64,000 nucleotides of DNA from Podarcis cretensis (Eukaryota): positions 70,308,001 to 70,372,000 of the forward strand of contig OX638150.1 in assembly GCA_951804945.1 (NCBI GenBank). The letters run 5' to 3'. Numbering within the stretch: the stretch's first letter is position 1; the number at the start of each line of letters is the position of its first letter. The position numbers and the translations under genes were made by a program. Below, one piece after another: positions 1 through 11,000 of the stretch. Below the pieces are notes generated by a model. It was not told where the DNA came from. It did not search any database and worked only from the letters and a program-made list of their open reading frames with translations.

Positions 1-118
1 CCTATTCTGCTGCCTGTTCTATCCAACCTGCAGAGGATGGATATGTACTTGACAGCTTCCCTCTGGGAATATATATCTTACCTTGAGCCTTGTTCTAATT
101 TGGCTTGCCCTTCCACAG

Positions 119-2557
119 GAATCCACTGTGAATGTGGATGTAGACTTTAAAAAGCCATTCCTGGAACTTAACAGCATATTGGAAGCTCTGCACAAACAGG
201 ATCTGGAGCCTGCTCTGAGGTAAGAATGATGAGCTATATTCTGTTTCCCCTCTTAGGAAGTACAGTGGGAGAGGAAACAGAGTCCTAGCAGAATGATTTT
301 GAAGTAGGGCCTATGGCAAGGGCTATTGGGGGAACCACACTCCTCATTATCAGTGAGCCTATCCACTCTATGGGTCTGCCATCTTTTCTCTTCCAACAAG
401 CACTGAGAAGTTCTGCTTGTTTTGTTTTCACTCATTATCTTCTACACAAGGCCAGGGTATTCCTGTAATAAGATACCTGAATTTGTAAGCTCACAGCATG
501 CTGCTGCAACCTGCCTCAGACCAGGTCGTCCACAAATATGTACCTTGGATTGGAGCAGCACCCACTCTAAGGGCAGCTTTATATGTAGATGATGGCATTG
601 AGCAGTGTTGTCTCTTGCTCAGTTGGGCAGTCTTCCACCGACAGCAGCTGGCAGAAATGAACAGCAATCTGGAGTTCCGGCTGCATCGACTCCACTTCAT
701 CAGGCTCCTTGCTGGCGGTCCAGGCAAGGAGCTAGAGGCCCTGAGCTACGCACGCCATTTCCAGCCCTTTGCTCACCTGCATCAGCAAGGTGAGGCTGTT
801 TCCAGAAGCCTACTCTGCTACTTGTTCCTTGGGAGGAGCTTTCTTGCCTTTAGGCTGTTTCTCTGGGCCTTGCCGCACCCAATAGAATGGGCTCCTATTT
901 TGTTGCTTCAAAGTGTTTGGAGTTTCCCTTTTTAGTAGGGGAAGTCTTGGGAGTTGTTGACTCAGCCTGGTCATTGTCATAGGTATCAACCATTTCCCAA
1001 TAACTGGTTCCATAACAGGCCAGCCCCGTTAGTAAAAGTATGTTTACCTGAGTGCTGCTTCCTGTATTTGTCATCTGCAGAGATCCAGGTGATGATGGGC
1101 AGCCTGGTGTACCTGCGTTTGGGCCTTAAGAATTCTCCATATAGGCATCTTCTGGATGAGAGTCAGTGGACTGAGATTTGTGAGATATTCACTCGTGATG
1201 CCTGTGCCCTGTTAGGTCTCTCGGTGGAGTCACCTCTGAGTGTCAGGTAAAGCTTGTTATGGGTGGGACTGGCGGTGGATTGAGCAGTGCTGAGCTATCT
1301 CCTCCCTCCTTCTCTCTCGGCAGCTTTGCTGCAGGATGTGTAGCACTGCCAGTGCTGATGAACATCAAGGCTGTGATTGAGCAGAGACAGTGCACGGGTG
1401 TCTGGAGCCACAAAGATGAGCTGCCTGTGAGTGCCTGGCCCATTCAGGGGCTGCAGGGTGGGGATATTTTTGTGAAAGAGAGTTAACTGTAACAACCAGG
1501 TCATGGGCCTAATTATTTTCTGCTTGTTTTATCAGATTGAAATTGAGCTTGGGATGAAATGCTGGTACCACTCGGTCTTTGCATGTCCCATTTTGCGACA
1601 GCAGACAACTGATTCTAACCCACCTATCAAGCTCATCTGTGGGCATGTTATTTCTCGAGATGCCCTTAACAAGCTCATCAATGGAGGGAAGTGAGTGGTT
1701 TTCACAAACTGTTGTTACTTTCCTCCATTCTGGGAGACTGTGGATGATGAACTCTTGCCTGAAAAATTGAAGTATCCAGGGTCTCCTACCTGTGAAATGC
1801 TGTTGTCACCCCTACAGGATTAGATTCCCCACACATCTCCTTTCCATGTACCGTATTTTTCACTCTATAAGATGCACTTTTTCCCTCCTAAAAAGTAAGG
1901 GGAAATGTGTGTGCATCTTATGGAATGAATGCAAGCTGTGCAGTTATCCCCGAAGCCAGAACAGTGAGGGATAGGCACGCAAACCCTCTTGGGCACAGCG
2001 GGAACGCTCCTGCCTCTTCGCTCAAGAGGGTTTGTGTTGCTTTCATGTTTATTGTTTCCCTCCTCTAAAAACTAGGTGCATCTTATGGTTGGGTGCATCT
2101 TATAGAGCGAAAAATATGGTAGGTCCAGGAAGTCCCTTTCATCTTGAAGCAGTTTCTCACTACCATTTTATTTTTTGGGACTACATGTTGGTTTCACTGT
2201 GTCTGCTGCCCTCTGCTGGGTAACTAGGTCATACTGCAGTTGCTACAGTAAGGGGGACCTTAGCACTGCTCCTTGTAGTTTCTTGGTAACTGGCAAGCCC
2301 AAGGCCAAATCAGACTTGTTAACAGGGCAGAGAAGAGAGTGAGGTAGTGGACCAAACACCAGGACTTGCTATTGGTCTACTGGAAGTATGGGTCTGGGTC
2401 ACCTTCCTGCTTATCTGATTTAGTGGTCTGGTAGGACTACTTGCCAATGAGAATTCTAAGGCCTTGTTTTGATTCTGATCTTTCTTTGTGCAGGCTGAAG
2501 TGTCCATATTGTCCCATGGAGCAGAGCCCAGCTGATGGAAAACGCCTAATCTTTTGA
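119..2557 (+). CDS. RMND5B: E3 ubiquitin ligase RMND5B (CTLH/GID complex RING subunit), 3' part; 5' exons lie upstream of the window
   Basis: Exons 119-219, 623-789, 1081-1246, 1324-1426, 1536-1690, 2494-2557, all GT-AG, 756 nt in frame. Translation runs [18 protein letters not shown]...[14 protein letters not shown]...[56 protein letters not shown] (CTLH/CRA plus degenerate RING). Tail-to-tail position with NHP2 supports paralogue B over A. Confidence 0.93.
1851..2119. mobile_element. Tc1/mariner-superfamily MITE
   Basis: TIRs CCGTATTTTTCACTCTATAAGATGCAC / GTGCATCTTATAGAGCGAAAAATATGG, with TA on both flanks (1849-50, 2120-21). Confidence 0.85.
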
Positions 2558-4050
2558 TAATGGCATGCCTTGGAGATGTTCTGGTGAAAATAGGCTATTG
2601 GGATAATGCTTGATGGAAGGTGGCATATGCTGGCAGGAATGGTCTTCTGCTGTGAACAGTATTAGCTGCTACACGCTGGGAACTGACTGTAGCTCACTGG
2701 GCCAGAGGAGAGCAATCTTATGTCTACTGTAAGCCAAGCCACATTATTCTGTACTCCTCGCAACATACAACTTCCTAGGATTCTTCCTGGGAGCGTTAAC
2801 TGGCAGTGATCCTTCCTAGCAAGATGGTTTACACTCTCCCCATGCATAGCTCTGCTTGTTGAGATACAGCGTGTATCACAAATAGTACACAGAGAGCTGT
2901 TGCTATTTTTAAAACACTTCAAGATAAATCTAGGTCTTTTTTTCTGTTTCAATCCATCAGTTTGCGGGGGGGGGGGAGTCTTAGAGCTGCCTTTCTCTTC
3001 CCACTGCCCAATATGTGCTTTTGACAATGGGAAGGATGGAATTTAAGTTGGGAGAAGTATGCTGGAAACTTGGCTTACTGCTATTTTGAAGAAAAGTTTA
3101 AAATAGGTTGGAAATGCAATGGTGAAAATATTTGAATCAACAAAGGTGGAGTTTGGGCCCTCTGTGTACTAATACACAGTGTAGCTCTTCAAAAAACAAG
3201 GGATAAGTAATAAGGTGTATTGTTCCCTAATGAAAATAACACAAGTGAAAAACTGGGACAGCACTGTATTGAAGAAATTCATACTTTATGACAGGTACAT
3301 GATAGCAGCTTGCTGCTTTTGAGTGTTAGAAAGCCTAGCTAAGCTGCTTTATCTATTGTGAAGGAGTAGAAAATGGAGAAAGTACCATGACTTTGTGCAG
3401 GTTGAGAAAGCTGGTAGAATAGTAACTATCATTGAGACATCTTTAAATGTAGGTATACAGTCTATTTTATTCAAGAAATTTGAAGTAATCCTTTCCCCTG
3501 TTGCTGACAATTCACAGCATTTGCAAGTACTCATTAAGGTTACAGATACACATCAGAACTTGACTAGGTGAACTATTTTAGGTAATGGTCCTAAAAATGC
3601 TCTGTAATATGGGAGAATGGGGGTATGGATAATTAACAGGGATCTTGAATCTGATTTAGAGATTTGAACTCCCTTGGAATGAGACCCGAAAGTAATATTA
3701 AAACAACTGGCAGAGTTTAAATCTGTGTTGCTTGAAGTCTGAACTTAGCTTTGAAAGCTGAGCCCATTTTTATTAGAACGGTGAGGGTAAATAGTTTAAA
3801 GCTGTAGGTGCAGGAGTTGGTGCCTACAAGTTGCACTTTAATTAGATTTTTGTTGTTGTTAAAAAAAATGCAGTAGTTTGGAGTATCAGTCTGGAATAAC
3901 AGTGGATGTGAAGATCTGCACTAGCCTGGAGAGAGATGTTTAAAGATACTTTTATGATGCCACACTGCATGTATTCTTAGTTTTTCTTCCTCCGAGGCAC
4001 CAGGAACTGTTAAACCCAGGATAGAGATGGATGGCATGGAAATACAGCTA

Positions 4051-4056
4051 AATAAA
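4051..4056 (+). terminator. Probable RMND5B polyadenylation signal
   Basis: AATAAA ~1.5 kb after the stop, followed by a GU/U-rich tract (ttgtgtatggtttttggtgttg) and then repeats. Confidence 0.55.
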
Positions 4057-4192
4057 TTTCTTTTCAGCAAACTTGTGTATGGTTTTTGGTGTTGATATAT
4101 TTAGAACAAAAAAGAAACATTTTCCTTAAAGTAGACACGTTCTTGACAATATTGCTTTTAAAGTCTCCCAGCAGAGCAAAACTCTTACACAA

Positions 4193-4505
4193 GTGTAGTA
4201 GTAGTAGTAGTAATAATAATAATAATTTATTATTATTTATATCCCACCCATCTGGCTGGGTTTCCCCATTCACTCTGGGTGGCTTCCAACAAAATATTAA
4301 AATACAACAGTCCGTCACATTAAAGGCTTCCCTAAACAGGGCTGCCTTCAGATGTCTTCTAAAAGTCTGGTAGATGTTTTTCTCTTTGATATCTGGTGGG
4401 TGGGCATTCCACAGGGCAGGTGCCACTACCGAGAAGGCCCTCTGCCTGGTTCCCTGTAACTTGGCTTCTTGCAGCGAGGGAACCACCAGAAGGCCCTTGC
4501 CGCTG
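4193..4505 (-). mobile_element. L2-clade LINE 3' end fragment with microsatellite tail
   Basis: Minus-strand translation VPSLQEAKLQGTRQRAFSVVAPALWN...FRRHLKAALF is a typical L2 ORF2 C-terminus. It ends in an (AAT)n/(AGT)n tract and has close copies at 8845-9087 and 46832-47226. Confidence 0.8.
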
Positions 4506-4569
4506 GACTTATCGGAACTGTCTATCTCCCTTCATGCATTCTGTGTTTACTTGTATTTTTATTTTATTA

Positions 4570-4963
4570 CCGTATTTTTCACACCATAGGACGCACCTTG
4601 TTTTAGAGGGGGAGAACAAGAAAAAAATCTCCCCCTCTCTGCTCAGCACCCCTTCAGCAAAGCGGCAGGAGAAACGGAGCCCCTTCCATTTCTCCTCCCG
4701 CTTGGCTGAAGGGGTGCTGCGCAGCTCTCCCTCTCTGCTGAAGCCAGGAGAGTCTTGATCTCTCAGCTTCAGCAAAAGGAACCCGAAGCCTTTGGAGCGC
4801 AGTACAAGTTCCCGCTGCACTCCAAAGGCTTCAGGCGGCTCCCTCTGCGCTTTGGAGGCTTTGCGTTGCTATCGCTGAAGCCAAGGAGCCTGCACTCACT
4901 CCACATATTTCCCCTTAATTTTTGGAGGGGGAAAAAGTGTGTCCTATAGAGCAGAAAATACGG
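4570..4963. mobile_element. Tc1/mariner-superfamily MITE (same TIR family as 1851-2119, opposite orientation)
   Basis: CCGTATTTTTCACACCATAGGACGCAC ... GTGTGTCCTATAGAGCAGAAAATACGG, with TA flanks at 4568-69 and 4964-65. Confidence 0.85.
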
Positions 4964-4967
4964 TAAA

Positions 4968-5165
4968 TATATATCCCACCTTTCCTCTAAGGCGCTTGAG
5001 GTGGCATACATGGCTTTCCCTCCCCATAAACACAACAACCTTATGAGGTAGATTAGCCTGATGGCAGTGACTACTAGTCCAAGGTCACTCAGTGAACTTC
5101 ATGGCAAGTGGGGATTTGAACTCTGAACTCCCAGGCCCTAGTCCAACACTACACCACAGTGGTCT
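4968..5165 (-). mobile_element. Old tRNA-derived CORE/MIR-like SINE
   Basis: cacaacaaccttatgaggtag...aaggtcactcagtga...gggatttgaactc resembles an antisense CORE-SINE body and B box. A weaker copy lies near 13310-13430. Confidence 0.55.
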
Positions 5166-5958
5166 AGATTACACAAGACTGGAGAAGGGAAATAGCTGGA
5201 GGCTAACTAAGGCTACACTTCTATGGTCCCTGGAAGGGCATCTCAGAGGTGCTATTTCTTTTGAGGTAGGGGGCATCTCTCAAGGGCAGAGAAGCTGACC
5301 TTGAGATCCTCCTCTCAGGAGACTGAAAAGTTCCACAGGTGGTGCTTCTTTTAAAAGTCCAAGGATGTTTAAAAGGGAGAAGAGCGAAGCCCCAAAGTTC
5401 TCCTGTTGCCCCAGCCCAGGGGAACAAACTATGCCAGTTCTCACACTGAAATAAATGGGACAGACACTGCTGAAGGGAGAAAACAACACCCACTGCCACC
5501 ACCTGCCCTGCCAAAACAGGGATATTGCAGTTTCTCTACCATATGTGGATTGATCAGCTTACACATTAAATTTAAAAAACATTTATGTATCTACTTCAAG
5601 TGGAAGAATGTAAAAGTTGGTGAACACTTCACCTTGTCAAGGATAAGTTGTGGTATGTAGGGGTAAATAGTGTTGTAATAGACACTACACAACATTACAA
5701 GTGTTTTAATGAGTTTAATTTCTCCGCCTCCCCCCCCCCAAGCTTCACAAACTTCCCTTGCTGCAAGACAAGTCAGTAACTTCTTTCTAAATCAGTTGCT
5801 TAATATCTGGCACTTGAAGCTGCTATGAGCCACAGGGCTGGTGACAGTGTCAACTGCAGTATTCTCTTCCTTGCACGGCTCCTCTAAAATCAGGGTCAAG
5901 CTACTGCCCAGGCAAGTGCCTGTTTGTCAGTCTTAGTAGCATCTCTTACTGATGTTCT

Positions 5959-7776
5959 TCACAGAGGGAGGGGAAGAGCCTCCACCTCTTCCATACACTC
6001 ATCATAGGCTTCCTGATATTCCTCATGGGGCTTGATCATGATAACACACGTTGGTCGCTTTGAACCTGCAGCTGCTCCCAAGTCCTGAAAGAAAAAAAAT
6101 AGGAAAGCAGCATTCAGTTTCCTAATTCACATACAAGTTTATCTTTTTTACTTTAAGCAGCAAACGGACCTTGTGCCAATTCACATGGAGAAATTATATA
6201 AATGCCAGCTGCATGAAACTGCTCTTCTAGAATAACCAAGATTTCTGTTCCTTATCAGGATGCAGGTCTATGGTGAAGAATAAAAATTCTACAAGAAATG
6301 GAAGCCTCCTTCTACTTCCCCACCCTACATTACCGTTTTGGAAGGGATGTAGACATATGGAAGGCTCCTGTCTTCACACATGATGGGAATGTGGCAATAG
6401 ACATCAATAGGAAGTGTGTCTCCTGCAAGAACTGTGATCCTAAGAGAGACAGACAATGCAGCATCAGCAACAAAAATAAGACCAGAGCAATGCAAGTAGA
6501 GAAGACAACAAACACATTAAAACAGATATATTATGAATCTTTCCAAATATTTGATATTGTAATACAGGTATAATCCTGTGTATACGTATCAAATTGTGCT
6601 TCATCTCTGCAGTCATCATTTGCGCAAATAAGAGATTTCAAGCATGCATGTACACACATAAGGGAGCAAGTGAAATAGCTCACTGAGGCAAGTAGGTCCA
6701 TGCAAGGCAAAAAACTTACTATGCAGAGCCAACTGAAAACGAGGTCTGATGAAAAGGGTTAAAATCTGTTTTTGCTGGGCAAAGTATACTCATTTGCATG
6801 CAAGACACCCTTACGCATTCTCACACACAACCAGATTGTTTCTCTGGTGATGATGCCTTCAAGGATGAAGGCCTTCAAACGTTACAAATCTGATAATCCC
6901 TGAAAATTAGCTATGCTAGCTGTGACTAAGAGGAGATGGAATATAAAGGTTCCCCACCCTTGTATTAGCACAGCCTTCGCCAATCAGGTGCCCTTCAGGT
7001 GTTGTGGACTACAACTCCCATCAGCTGTGCTGGCTGGGGTCCTGAGCTGTAGCCAAAATATCTGGAAGGCACCAGTTTGAAAAAGACTGCACTAAAAGCA
7101 GAGTCCCTTCAGTCCCTTTGTCTCTTGCACCAACAGAATCACAGGATTATAAACTAGTTGAGGATTATTTGAAAGCTTGCGACCCTGAACATTTCAGAAA
7201 ATGTCATCTACTGATTCCAAAGCTTTGTGTGTGTGTGTCTAAACAACACATAACTGCGTGTGTATATCTCTCTCCGATAGACAGACAGACAGACAGAGGA
7301 TTTCCTAACACGGCGAGAGTAGGGACCAGACCTGGCGAACCAGACTGGCTCCGAATTCAAGACCTGAACTGCTAGCGTCAGGCAGCGGCACGGAGAGCGA
7401 AAGAAGGCACATTGCGTCGCAACGGCGCGGAGTTCTTACCCCTTCTCGCCTTTGTTGATGAATTTCTGGACCTCTTTCACCCCACGCCGGATCTGCTTCT
7501 GCTTCGATGCTGCAAGTCAAACGGGAGAGTTTCCAGCAAGGGTTATTGGACTGAGCCCCCACCGCCCGCGAAAGCCGGACTGCCCTCCTTCCCTTCCCCT
7601 CCCCGTCCTGCACGCGCACCTTTCTTGATGCACTTGTACAGCTTGCGCGTCAACTTGCGGGAGGCCAGAGGCCGCGCGATGGCGTTCACGTTCTCCACCA
7701 GCTCGTGGTATGACTTCTCCGGGGTCGCCTCGGGCTCCGGCTCTTCCCTCGACTCCTGGTGCTTGGCTTTGCCCAT
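5959..7776 (-). CDS. NHP2: H/ACA ribonucleoprotein complex subunit 2 (NHP2), 152 aa
   Basis: Exons 7776-7620, 7509-7440, 6439-6334, 6084-5959 (157+70+106+126 nt, GT-AG). Translation MGKAK...NAIARPLASRKLTRKLYKCIKKASKQKQIRRGVKEVQKFINKGEKGITVLAGDTLPIDVYCHIPIMCEDRSLPYVYIPSKTDLGAAAGSKRPTCVIMIKPHEEYQEAYDECMEEVEALPLPL* (L7Ae family). ATTAAA on the minus strand at 5705-5710. Confidence 0.97.
6970..7090. mobile_element. Short hAT-like MITE (ggactacaactcccatc family)
   Basis: ccttcaggtgttgtggactacaactcccatcagc...ctgtagccaaaatatctggaaggcacc with internal dyad symmetry. Related degenerate copies near 28311-28430, 42413-42552, 43430-43555 and 49795-49910. Confidence 0.5.
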
Positions 7777-8027
7777 CTTTGCCGCCGAAAGAAAGCGGAC
7801 CCACGTGCGGCCACTTCCGTTCTTAACCCTCCCAGAGCAAGGAACTCTGGGAAGGCAACCATAGAGCTCATAGGGAGGAAAATACCTTGTTTCCGGTCAC
7901 CCCATTGGTCGGCCGGCTCTGCCATCATCCAATAGAAAAGCGACTTTGAGGAATAAGCGCCGCCCTCGCCTTACTCCTCGGAGCAGGTTTCCCAGCAAGC
8001 ATCGCGCTTGTTCGCGTCTTCGGGAAG
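7777..8027. promoter_or_regulatory. Bidirectional NHP2/BRD8 promoter in a CpG island
   Basis: 251 bp between divergent ATGs (7776 -, 8028 +), CpG-rich over ~7300-8090. Motifs: ETS (CACTTCCG 7812-7819, TTCCGG 7891), CCAAT boxes (ATTGG 7904, CCAAT 7929), ZNF143/Staf-like TTCCCAGCAAGCATCGCG 7989-8006, and YY1-type AAGATGGCGGC overlapping the BRD8 ATG. Confidence 0.85.
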
Positions 8028-11000
8028 ATGGCGGCGGGGACGGGTAGTGAGTGGGGGTCTTTCTTTGGGGAAGGAGGGACGTGGCGCGGAGAGGGGAGCT
8101 AAAACCTAGAGAAGGATGCCTGTTTCTTGGTTGAGCGAAACTTCGTTTGTTGTGTCAGGCAACTTTTAACATGACTTTAAGAAGGGTTGGTTGGGAGGTG
8201 GCTTGTCTAAAAGGCCTCCGATGACAGGTCAGTTTTCTCCTTAGCTGAGGTACCCGGGAATAACGGCATAGGAGGCAGTAAAGGGGCTTATGCTTAGCCA
8301 GACAAACGGCTTATTTATTGTTCATACTGACTGGCAGTGATTTTCCAGGGCTTCAGACAGGAATCTTCCCTACCACTAAGTGAAGGCACCTCTTCAGGAT
8401 TTCAGATGGAAATGTTTCCTGAGGTTAACAGGAAATTGACCCTGTGACTTTTTGCATGCAACATAGATTCTCTGCCACTGAGTTACCAGTAGACTTTTCA
8501 TTGAGTTGACTTTTAGTGTGGCTGTTTTGTGGTGGGGCATGGAGGGTGTAGGGGCTTGAAAACCAAACTTTTAAAAGCAGCATGAGATAGATTTAATTTT
8601 AGTTTGAGGGTTCTTTTTAACTGTGTGGGCAGGTTGCAACACCGTAATGTTTATCTTTTTCCACATCAGAGCACAAGTTGCTGAGTGCTGGGCCTACAGA
8701 GCCATGGTCTATCCGGGAAAAACTTTGCTTGGCTTCTTCAGTCATGCGGAGTGGAGACCAAAACTGGTAAGAAACGGATATAACTGTTGGCTACATAAAA
8801 ACTGTTGCTAAATACAGTTCCTGCTATGCCTTGGAACATAATTGAATAATAATAATAATTGGAAGCCACTCTGGGCAGCTTCCAACAAAGATTAAAAATA
8901 CATCAAAATGTCACACATTAAAAACTTCCCTGAACAGCCTTCAGTTGTCTTCTAAATGCCAGGTAGTTGTTTATCTCTTTGGCCTCTGATGGGAGGGCGT
9001 TCCACAGGGCAGGCGCCACTACCGAGAAGACCCTCTGCCTGGTTCCCTGTAGCTTTGCTTCTCGCAATGAGGGAACCGCCAGAAGGCTATACTTTACCAT
9101 ACAGCATGTGACATCCACCAAGATGATAAAAGCTCACACTCATGGAAATGCTGCTGAATCCAGCCTTGGCTTTATAACTACCACTGCACATACACACATT
9201 CCTAGAGAAAGGGGAGGTGCTATAGGCCTTTGACCTTTGACTGTTTCTAACCACCCACTTGTTGCTGGGTTTTTCTTTAGACAAAATCCAGATGTGGGAG
9301 ATGGGGTTCTCAAAACATGGCCCAAGCACTTAGTGCAATTTCACCCATTTTTTCTAAGTTATACTAACACAGAAGAGCATAGGAGATTTGGCAGGGTGTG
9401 TGTGTGGAATAGACCTCCTATTTTTTTCTGAAAAGAAGGGAGGGATGAAGGAAGTTTCCCCCAATTTTTGTGGACCTTCACATAGGCCTCCTGACTACCA
9501 CAATGTGGGGGAGGAGCGTTAATTAAAATGAGCTCTAGTTATGGGGCACAATGTAACATAGTCATTTTCAGAAAGCATTGTATTGTCTGTGGGTCAAAGT
9601 TTCCCCAGTCCAATCAACTGGTGACCAAACCTTCCCCACTATATTTGCCCAGCAAAGGAGGGAAGATCTTGAAACTTTCTTCTTTTTCCCTAGGGTTTCT
9701 GTCAGCAGAGCCATCAAACCCTTTGCAGAGCCAGGCCGCCCACCTGATTGGTTTTCCCAAAAGGTAAGGTGCTTAAATTTCACATCATAATGGGCTTTCA
9801 TTTCACCTATGGGGAATACCTGTTCAGGGGACTCCCTGTAAGGATCTATCACATGTTAAATGCGGAAAACACGTTTAAAATTGTTTGCCAGGAAAGTATA
9901 CTTCCTAGCCCACATATCTGGAAACAGCTTTAATATGTGGAATGTGTGTTATATAAATTACCCCAAGTTTTTGTCTCAACTCAGATTCGTACTGTTGTTT
10001 GTTGTGATTTATCTTCTGAAATCTGTATGCACTTTTATTATCTTTTTTTTAGCATTGTGCGTCACAATATTCTGAGCTTCTGGAGACCACAGAAACCCCA
10101 AAGTGAGTTCAAAGACCAAACCACCTCTTTGAGTGGGGTGGGACAGGGCAGGACAGGACAGGACTTCACATTGCACATACCGTGTAATGGTAAACTACTG
10201 CGTTATAGACTATTTGAGAACTGAAGAGGAATGACAGTTTGAACACAGCATACAAAAGTACCTGAAAGGCTGCTTCCTGACCATCTTTCTTTTTAAGTCT
10301 GGCTCCCAGAAATTATAGTAACTTTCATACTTTACCCTAAGCTAAATTATTTGGTTACAAAGAAAGATAATGCACTGGCAGAACAATCCAAACCCTGGCT
10401 GGGCAGTCACAAAACATGAAAGAAGGGCACAGCCACAGTCTCATCTAGCTCCATCCAGACCCATAGCTCATGCTGGCCAGGTGGGGGGCAGACAGAATGC
10501 TGCCGGAGCAATCAAGCCCATTGCCATCAAATGACAGCAATGAGGCCAGCTTGGAATCCAGTGGATTCTGGATTAGCTCAGGCTCTCCTGCCCACCTCCA
10601 GAATGCTGCATTCTGGTTTGGGGCGTAGATGTCTTTCTCATATTTTTGTAACCTGTGCTTTACTTGGAGGTCAGTTTGACATCATTCCCCGGGAAAGAGC
10701 AGTAGGATGTTTAAATCTGCAAAAGTCACTCAGCTTTAGAAGCCAAGCACTTTTTCATATGTTATTGTGTCTTGCGACTGAATCATTTGTTCTGTTTATT
10801 TGTGTTTCAGTCCCTATAAATCATATAATGTTCAATGTTTGGGAAGGTAGGCTTCTTGCAATTTCCCATACAAATTTCCAAAGTGGTTGGCTGATACTTA
10901 GGCTGTAGTGATCTTTTTAAGATTGCATTTCCACTGAGGTGCAGAATAGCAAAAGTGGGAAAGAGATAATTGGAACAAGGAAGAATAAGGTGGGATATGT

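Noticed and set aside
4064-4486. 140-aa minus-strand ORF, with similar ORFs at 8918-9121 and 46984-47205
   Set aside because: L2 ORF2 tail plus microsatellite read-through, not host genes.
5959-7776. Intronic snoRNA in NHP2, expected by analogy with other ribosome-biogenesis host genes
   Set aside because: No convincing C/D box pair or H/ACA double hairpin seen by eye; an Infernal/snoReport scan is needed to exclude it.
7412-7864. 150-aa plus-strand ORF over NHP2 exons 1-2
   Set aside because: Antisense shadow of GC-rich coding and CpG-island sequence, with no recognisable protein.
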